Positions 26,463 through 32,000 of a stretch of 32,000 nucleotides of DNA are shown here, piece by piece; position 1 is the stretch's first letter; each line of letters begins with the position of its first letter. The DNA is from Promethearchaeum syntrophicum (GTDB lineage: Archaea > Asgardarchaeota > Lokiarchaeia > Sigyniarchaeales > Promethearchaeaceae). The translations under genes were made by a program, and so were the position numbers. The stretch covers positions 180,001 through 212,000 of the forward strand of contig NZ_CP042905.2 of assembly GCF_008000775.2 (NCBI RefSeq), read 5' to 3'. The notes below the pieces were generated by a model that was not told where the DNA came from, ran no database searches, and was given only the letters and a program-made list of their open reading frames with translations.

Positions 26463-26523
26463 TTGAAAAGAATTGACCAAAATAATTTTAATTATTTAAA
26501 TTATTAATAAGGATGATAAAAAC

Positions 26524-26646
26524 ATGCGAAAAATTATGATTAGTATTATATATTTACTAGGATCCTTAGCTTTTCTCGCATTAGGCTTAAATTTTGGTCA
26601 AAATCAATTGATACAAAATTTCTTCCTTGAAATGGCTGGATCCTAA
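26524..26646 (+). CDS. Putative 40-aa single-TM microprotein (not in ORF track)
   Basis: MRKIMISIIYLLGSLAFLALGLNFGQNQLIQNFFLEMAGS*, ATG at 26524, TAA at 26644. Confidence 0.45.
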   Translation: MRKIMISIIYLLGSLAFLALGLNFGQNQLIQNFFLEMAGS

Positions 26647-26657
26647 ATAAAAAAAAA

Positions 26658-26984
26658 TTATTCCATATAATTATGGCTTTTTTCCCGTTTTGGAGGTCTT
26701 TTTGGATTAAATTCCTTAAATCTTGAATATTTTTCATCCTTATCTTTCAATTTTTTATATTCTTTATTATGTTTTTTACATAATCCCACTTTTCTTGTCT
26801 TTTTTTTAGTTTGATCTAATTTCCAAGTCAATTTGGGAAGATATCCTTCTAAATTCGATTGAGCAATGTGATGTGTCGCTTGGAGAGTACATCCACTCAC
26901 ATAACATGTTTCTTTTGAGCTTTTTAGTCCCATTGGTTTAGTTTGAGTAATTTTTTTCTTATGTTTCGGATTTTTCGATGGCAT
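26658..26984 (-). CDS. Small basic zinc-finger/HNH-like treble-clef protein
   Basis: CYVSGCTLQATHHI ... VGLCKKHNKEYKKLK; very Lys-rich. Confidence 0.6.
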   Translation of the reverse strand: MPSKNPKHKKKITQTKPMGLKSSKETCYVSGCTLQATHHIAQSNLEGYLPKLTWKLDQTKKKTRKVGLCKKHNKEYKKLKDKDEKYSRFKEFNPKRPPKREKSHNYME

Positions 26985-27035
26985 ATTAGTTCATACTCCA
27001 ATCATTATAATTTAATCAATAACTATTTCAAATTA

Positions 27036-27707
27036 ATGGAATCTATTAATTTTGACCATCGTTTAATATTCGAAAAATTAAACAAATTTCAACCGAAAGA
27101 ATTAAACATCCCAGAACTTAAAAAATCCGCAATTTTAATCCCAATTTATCCAAAAGTTAAAAGTTTTCACATACTAATGACAGCGCGTTCAAGAAAATTA
27201 AACCATCATAGAGGTGAAATGAGTTTTCCAGGAGGAAAATTTGATTCTTCATCAGATATTACTTTAAAAGATACTGCATTGCGAGAAACTTATGAAGAAA
27301 TTGGAATCCATAAAAACAACATAGATGTGTTGGGGAGTTTGGATGATTTTCCGACTTTTACAGGGTATACTATTAGACCTTATATTGGTGTAATAAAAAA
27401 TCTTGATAAGATCAATATAAAAATTAATCAAAACGAAGTTTCTGATTTGGTTAAAATACCAATAGAATTTCTTGTGCGAGAGAACTTGTTTACAGAAATT
27501 CCTTTTTCTAACAAATCGGGGAAAATACTATATGTTTTAAGCTTTAATTTTATTGACCCAATAACAAAGAAAAAATTTACAATTTGGGGTGCATCAGCTC
27601 ACATTTTAACACGATTTTTAAAAAGAGCTTATAATCTTAAAGTAACAAGCGATAAATATCATCGTCCATCATTAAATATAATTAAAGAATTCCAAAATCA
27701 GATGTAA
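27036..27707 (+). CDS. Nudix hydrolase, CoA-pyrophosphatase-like (NUDT7/8 type)
   Basis: MSFPGGKFDSSSDITLKDTALRETYEEIGI Nudix box; start at Met 27036 preferred over 26943, which overlaps the divergent gene. Confidence 0.88.
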   Translation: MESINFDHRLIFEKLNKFQPKELNIPELKKSAILIPIYPKVKSFHILMTARSRKLNHHRGEMSFPGGKFDSSSDITLKDTALRETYEEIGIHKNNIDVLGSLDDFPTFTGYTIRPYIGVIKNLDKINIKINQNEVSDLVKIPIEFLVRENLFTEIPFSNKSGKILYVLSFNFIDPITKKKFTIWGASAHILTRFLKRAYNLKVTSDKYHRPSLNIIKEFQNQM

Positions 27708-27719
27708 TTTAAAAAAATT

Positions 27720-29009
27720 CTATATTTTAAAAATTTGTCCATTTTCAGGTATTTCTGCTAAATATCCTAATTTAGATATGTTTGAGGCAAACTCTTTCAT
27801 AACTTCTGCATCGCCATGAACACAAAAGACTTTTTTATCAGATTTGAATTTTATTTTGTTTAAAAATTCTATTAAATCTGATTTTCCTGCATGTGAACTA
27901 AAATCAAAATGATTTATTTGAGCTTTTACTTTAATTTCCTCTTTCGTATTTTTATCGATATATACTCCTTTTTCAAGTAGTATTTTTCCAGGTGTTCCAT
28001 CAATCTGATATGAAACTAAATTAATTGCATTATTTTCGCCATTAATAATGTTTTCTGCATAATAACGCGCAGTTCCACCTTTTAACATTCCAGATGGTGC
28101 AATAACTATACCAGATTCTGATGAAGCTTTTCTTCTTTCATAATCGCGTTTTTGTTGATCAATAAAATGGATTTTTTTCATAGAATTTACATATTTTTTT
28201 GGATTTTTCAACATATCTGAAAAGGAAATATATATTTTGGAAATTCTCCGTGCCATTCCGTCTAAAGTAATGCGAGGAATATCTTTATTTTTTGTTAACA
28301 CTAAAGCGATTTCTTGACTTCTAGAAACACCAAATGCAGCATTTAATACAATTCCCTCATTATCTAAAACATTATTAACACTGTTAATAAAAGACTCTTC
28401 AGTTTCATTTCTTGAATTGTGATCAGTAGTCCCGTATGTTGTTTCAGTAATTATAGCATCAATTTGAGGAATTTCTAAAGGATTTACCCCTTTTAATAAT
28501 TGAGTTTCTGTTGTATTAATATCCCCAGTGTACAAAATTTTCTTTCCATCCATCTCTATTAAAATCATTGCACTTCCAGGGATGTGTCCCGCATCATATA
28601 GAGTTACCCAAGTATTACTTCCGATTTTCTTTTTCTGACCATATTTTAAAAATCGCGTGTATTTTCTCATCTTGAATAATTCCGATTTGTCAAAAGGTAG
28701 ATATTGCGAAGTGATTTTGAGCATATCGTGTAGTAAAATTTCGGATACTCGATAAGTTAATTCAGTGCAGTATAATGGAACCGATCCAGAAATATAAAAA
28801 AGTGGGATACCGCCACAATGATCTACATGAGAATGAGACAAAACTATACCAGATAGGTTTTTTCCACTAACATGTTCTGGAAAAACTTCTTCTCCACTCA
28901 TTTTTTTCCCGTAATCACATAAAACTGCATCTTCTGTATCTTCTGACTCTATTAAAACTCCACTTCTTCCTACTTCTCCACAAGCCCCTAAAAAACGAAT
29001 TTTTACCAT
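27720..29009 (-). CDS. MBL-fold beta-CASP ribonuclease
   Basis: LGACGEVGRSG, LSHSHVDHCGGIP, DAGHIPGSAMILIE, YTGDINTTETQLL, APSGMLKGGTARYYAEN, NHFDFSSHAGKSDL, VHGDAEVM. Confidence 0.92.
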   Translation of the reverse strand: MVKIRFLGACGEVGRSGVLIESEDTEDAVLCDYGKKMSGEEVFPEHVSGKNLSGIVLSHSHVDHCGGIPLFYISGSVPLYCTELTYRVSEILLHDMLKITSQYLPFDKSELFKMRKYTRFLKYGQKKKIGSNTWVTLYDAGHIPGSAMILIEMDGKKILYTGDINTTETQLLKGVNPLEIPQIDAIITETTYGTTDHNSRNETEESFINSVNNVLDNEGIVLNAAFGVSRSQEIALVLTKNKDIPRITLDGMARRISKIYISFSDMLKNPKKYVNSMKKIHFIDQQKRDYERRKASSESGIVIAPSGMLKGGTARYYAENIINGENNAINLVSYQIDGTPGKILLEKGVYIDKNTKEEIKVKAQINHFDFSSHAGKSDLIEFLNKIKFKSDKKVFCVHGDAEVMKEFASNISKLGYLAEIPENGQIFKI

Positions 29010-29042
29010 TTTTATATTTCTCTTATAGATTTTATAACTGAG

Positions 29043-29052
29043 TTTTTAAATA
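29043..29052 (+). promoter_or_regulatory. Archaeal TATA-like box (TTTTTAAATA) ahead of mtnP
   Basis: About 40 nt upstream of ATG 29091 in a divergent intergenic region. Confidence 0.4.
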
Positions 29053-29090
29053 CACTAAAATTTAAGATGTTTTGGAATTAAATATCAATT

Positions 29091-29954
29091 ATGAATTTTA
29101 ATAATAAAGATATTGAAATTGGAATAATTGGAGGATCAGGTGCTGATATTGATCTTCAAGATGTTAAAGATGTTAAAATCTATACTCCTTATGGTGCACC
29201 CTCAGATCTAATTAAAATTGGAAAGTTCGGAAATAAAAAAGTCGCTTTTTTAGAACGTCACGGTCCTAAACATATTCTACCACCACATTCAATTAATTAT
29301 AGGGCGAATATATGGGCTATGAAAGAACTTGGCGTAAAAAGGATTTTCTCACCATGTGCTGTTGGTGGATTAACCCCAAAGACTGATAAAGGTGTTTTTG
29401 TTGTCGTAGATCAATATATTGATAGAACATATGGAAGAAAACAAACTTTTTATGATGGCGGAGAAGTGTGCCATATCAGTCAAGCAGATCCATTCTGCCC
29501 TGAAATTAATGATTTATTCTATAAAACAGGAGTTGATATTGGGCTAAATATTATCAAAGGAGGTACATATATCTGTGTTAATGGTCCTCGTTTTTCAACT
29601 CGAGCGGAATCGCGCATGTTTGCCCAGTGGGGAGGAGATATTATTGGGATGACAGTATTCCCAGAGGTTGTATTAGCGGCTGAAATGAATATGTGTTATT
29701 CATCGATTGCTACTGTAACAGATCTTGATTGCTGGGCGAGTGAATGTCCAAATTGTGGAATTGTTATGTACGGAGATAAATGTTCAAAATGTGAAGGTCC
29801 AATTAAACCAATGGTAGTTTCTATTGAAGAAGTAATTGAAACAATGAATCAAAATACTGACAACCTACGGAAATTAATCGAAAATGTTATTCCCAAAATA
29901 CCCTCAGAATTAGGGTGTCAATGTTCTCATAGAAAAGATGGAGCGATTTTTTAG
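29091..29954 (+). CDS. mtnP: S-methyl-5'-thioadenosine phosphorylase family, with zinc-ribbon insertion
   Basis: IGIIGGSG, FLERHGPKHILPPHSINYRANIWAMKELGV, SPCAVGGL, GPRFSTRAESRMF, GMTVFPEVVLAAEM; insertion CPNCGIVMYGDKCSKC. Confidence 0.9.
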   Translation: MNFNNKDIEIGIIGGSGADIDLQDVKDVKIYTPYGAPSDLIKIGKFGNKKVAFLERHGPKHILPPHSINYRANIWAMKELGVKRIFSPCAVGGLTPKTDKGVFVVVDQYIDRTYGRKQTFYDGGEVCHISQADPFCPEINDLFYKTGVDIGLNIIKGGTYICVNGPRFSTRAESRMFAQWGGDIIGMTVFPEVVLAAEMNMCYSSIATVTDLDCWASECPNCGIVMYGDKCSKCEGPIKPMVVSIEEVIETMNQNTDNLRKLIENVIPKIPSELGCQCSHRKDGAIF

Positions 29955-30674
29955 ATGGTCCCAAAAATTATTGATTCTGACGAATATAGAAATATAATTA
30001 GTGTACCAATTGAAGGAATCCAGGATTTTGAAGAAAAAGAAGGCAACAATGGAAAAAAATATCACAATTTATTTTCTGATAATCGATTTAAGACGCTTCT
30101 AATTCCCGAAAAATCATTGCAAAGAAGAATTCATAATTTAGCTCAATCCATAGTCAAAAAAGGTGAAAAAGTTGATAAATATGAATTTTTAATAGTTTTA
30201 ACTGGGGCTTTTATCTTCGGAGCAGATTTAGGCCGTGAAATTTATAAAATTTGTGGGATTGATGTAATCTTTCATACAGTTAAACTCTCTACATACCAAG
30301 GTGAGATTAAAGGAAAAGGAGAACTCAGTCGCCAAGTGAAGTTTGAATTAGAACCTTTGGATATAGAAAATCGTGATATTATAATTGTTGAAGATATAAT
30401 TGATCAAGGTTTCACACTAAACGCACTTAGAGAATATTTAATTAACAATAAGAAAGTTAAATCAGTGAAAATTTGCACTCTTCTATTAAAAAATTTGGAT
30501 AATCCATCACAAGAGGTCATTCAATCAAGGAAAAATATTGAAAGTTATCTTGATTTTGTTGGATTTACCGTTCCAGATATTTGGGTAGCTGGATATGGCA
30601 TTGATGCATCAAATGATTTCAGATCTCTTCCCTTTATAATTGGTGTAGATGAAAAATTCTATCTTTCAAATTGA
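29955..30674 (+). CDS. hpt: Hypoxanthine/guanine phosphoribosyltransferase-like protein
   Basis: FLIVLTGAFIFGADLGREI, IIIVEDIIDQGFTLNAL (PRPP-binding motif), VGFTVPDIWVAGYGID; ATG abuts the mtnP stop. Confidence 0.87.
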   Translation: MVPKIIDSDEYRNIISVPIEGIQDFEEKEGNNGKKYHNLFSDNRFKTLLIPEKSLQRRIHNLAQSIVKKGEKVDKYEFLIVLTGAFIFGADLGREIYKICGIDVIFHTVKLSTYQGEIKGKGELSRQVKFELEPLDIENRDIIIVEDIIDQGFTLNALREYLINNKKVKSVKICTLLLKNLDNPSQEVIQSRKNIESYLDFVGFTVPDIWVAGYGIDASNDFRSLPFIIGVDEKFYLSN

Positions 30675-30708
30675 AAGTTTTTTTAATTTATTTTAAACTG
30701 TTCATATT

Positions 30709-31290
30709 ATGGATAATTCAATTGATATTCTTGACAAACAAATATCAAAAAGCCAATTTAAAGAGTTCTTATTAAAAAGAAATAAAGAATGGATTAAAAA
30801 GAAAGATGGTTCATCAATAATTAATGGTTCTTTACGTGCTGTTGTATTGGGTTGCATTGATTCTCGAGTCCCTATTGAGAAAATTTTCCAAGCAAAACCA
30901 GGAGAATTACTTGTTCTTAAAAATGCAGGTAATATAATAACATTGGATGTCTTAAGATCAATTTTAGTTGCAATCTATGAACTTGATGCAAAGTTTATAG
31001 TCATAATGGGCCATACAGAATGTGGTATGGCAATTCTTGATAATGAAAATAAGATTGATCATTTAAAAGAAAAATTGGGAGACAAATTGTTAGAAACTTT
31101 AGAAAAAATTGGAAACAAGGATCCTTTAGACTGGTTTGGATTCTTTAATCAAGGAAAATGGAATGAAAATGCTAAAGAACAAGCAAAATCTATTCAAAAA
31201 TTTTTAGATGAAAACATTCCTAAAGAGAATCAACCAGAAATTATTACTATGTTGTATAACCTTGAATCAGGGGAAGTGGAATTTATTTAG
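30709..31290 (+). CDS. Beta-class carbonic anhydrase
   Basis: VLGCIDSRVP, NAGN, IVIMGHTECGM zinc-ligand motifs. Confidence 0.92.
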   Translation: MDNSIDILDKQISKSQFKEFLLKRNKEWIKKKDGSSIINGSLRAVVLGCIDSRVPIEKIFQAKPGELLVLKNAGNIITLDVLRSILVAIYELDAKFIVIMGHTECGMAILDNENKIDHLKEKLGDKLLETLEKIGNKDPLDWFGFFNQGKWNENAKEQAKSIQKFLDENIPKENQPEIITMLYNLESGEVEFI

Positions 31291-31337
31291 ATTAAATTTT
31301 TTTTTAATATTAGAGATTGAAAAAAAAAGGGACCAAA

Positions 31338-32000
31338 ATGAAAAAAATTCTTAAAAATGCGAATATAATTGATGTTGAAGATTTATCTATTAAATTAAGA
31401 AATATTATTATCGATAATGGAGAAATAGTAAACATTTTACAAGTAACTGAACAACTTCCAGAAAGTGAAAATATAATTGATTTAAAAGAACAGTATGTTT
31501 CTCCAGGTTTTATCGATTCTCATCTTCATATAGAATCAAGTATGATGCCTCCCTTAGAATTCGCAAAATATTCAGTAAAACATGGAACTACTTGCGCATT
31601 AGTTGATCCTCATGAAATTGCGAATGTTTTTGGGAAGGAAGGAATTAGATCTTGGATCGATCAAGCAAAATTAACTCCAATGGATATTTTTATTGGTATT
31701 CCTTCATGCGTCCCTGCAACTCACTTAGAAAATTCGGGTGCAGAGATAAATGTTAATGATATTAAAGAGTTTTTAAACCAACCCAATAATAAAAACAATC
31801 TAGTTTATGGTCTTGGAGAAATGATGAATTTTCCAGGTATTATACATGGATTTGGAGACGCTCGAGAGAAAGTTGATGCTGCAATTACTGCGGGTAAAAT
31901 CGTCGATGGACATTGCCCAGGTGTTACTGGCTCAGATCTAATTTCCTATATTTCAAATGGAAAAAATGATAATATTGTGCGAATAAGAAGTGATCATGAA
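31338..32000 (+). CDS. ade: Adenine deaminase, N-terminal part; runs off right edge
   Basis: Manual translation from ATG 31338: VSPGFIDSHLHIESSMM, HGTTCALVDPHEIANVFG, YGLGEMMNFPGII, DGHCPGVTG, RSDHE. Confidence 0.93.
   Translation, partial: MKKILKNANIIDVEDLSIKLRNIIIDNGEIVNILQVTEQLPESENIIDLKEQYVSPGFIDSHLHIESSMMPPLEFAKYSVKHGTTCALVDPHEIANVFGKEGIRSWIDQAKLTPMDIFIGIPSCVPATHLENSGAEINVNDIKEFLNQPNNKNNLVYGLGEMMNFPGIIHGFGDAREKVDAAITAGKIVDGHCPGVTGSDLISYISNGKNDNIVRIRSDHE

Noticed and set aside
26177-26737. Minus ORFs 26177-26362 and 26546-26737
   Set aside because: First is antisense to the coiled-coil gene. Second crosses the stop of the plus-strand microprotein and has no recognisable features.
1-32000. 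Selenoprotein genes (in-frame TGA) near selB
   Set aside because: Gene ends were inspected; intergenic spaces are too short and no homology continues past a TGA in this window.
1-32000. CRISPR array, toxin-antitoxin or defence island
   Set aside because: No regularly spaced repeats or cas-like genes seen. The RHH genes lack adjacent ParE/RelE-like toxins; neighbouring ORFs are membrane or hypothetical proteins.

Overview
AT-rich archaeal chromosomal window, probably from an Asgard-like lineage. That lineage call is inferred from a Roadblock/LC7 protein and an archaeal/eukaryotic-type SelB, and is not proven. About 30 protein-coding genes are supportable. Recognisable products: partial S8 subtilase, YkgJ-like Cys-cluster protein, divergent Bud32/RIO-like kinase, PyrI, LVIVD-repeat membrane protein, RqcH/NEMF, two paralogous ribbon-helix-helix regulators, CBM9/DOMON-like surface protein, ThyX, NIF3-like, one IS4/ISH3-like insertion sequence with detectable terminal inverted repeats and a candidate TSD, a strongly divergent ThiC-family protein, HIT protein, degenerate PolB2-like family B DNA polymerase coupled to a RecA-fold protein with a destroyed P-loop, bacterial-type shikimate kinase, Roadblock/LC7, SelB/EFsec, Nudix, beta-CASP nuclease, and an MTA/purine-salvage cluster (mtnP, hpt-like PRTase, beta-carbonic anhydrase, partial adenine deaminase). 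Best candidates for something new: (1) the pseudo-enzyme pair PolB2-like + RecA-like (17052-20364), where the polymerase keeps a C-terminal PIP-box-like QKPISAYF; (2) the rewired ThiC paralog with a CX2CX3C tail, co-oriented with an orphan membrane protein; (3) a zinc-ribbon insertion in the MTA phosphorylase; (4) two RHH paralogs flanking a surface-protein gene pair. No CRISPR, rRNA or tRNA was found.
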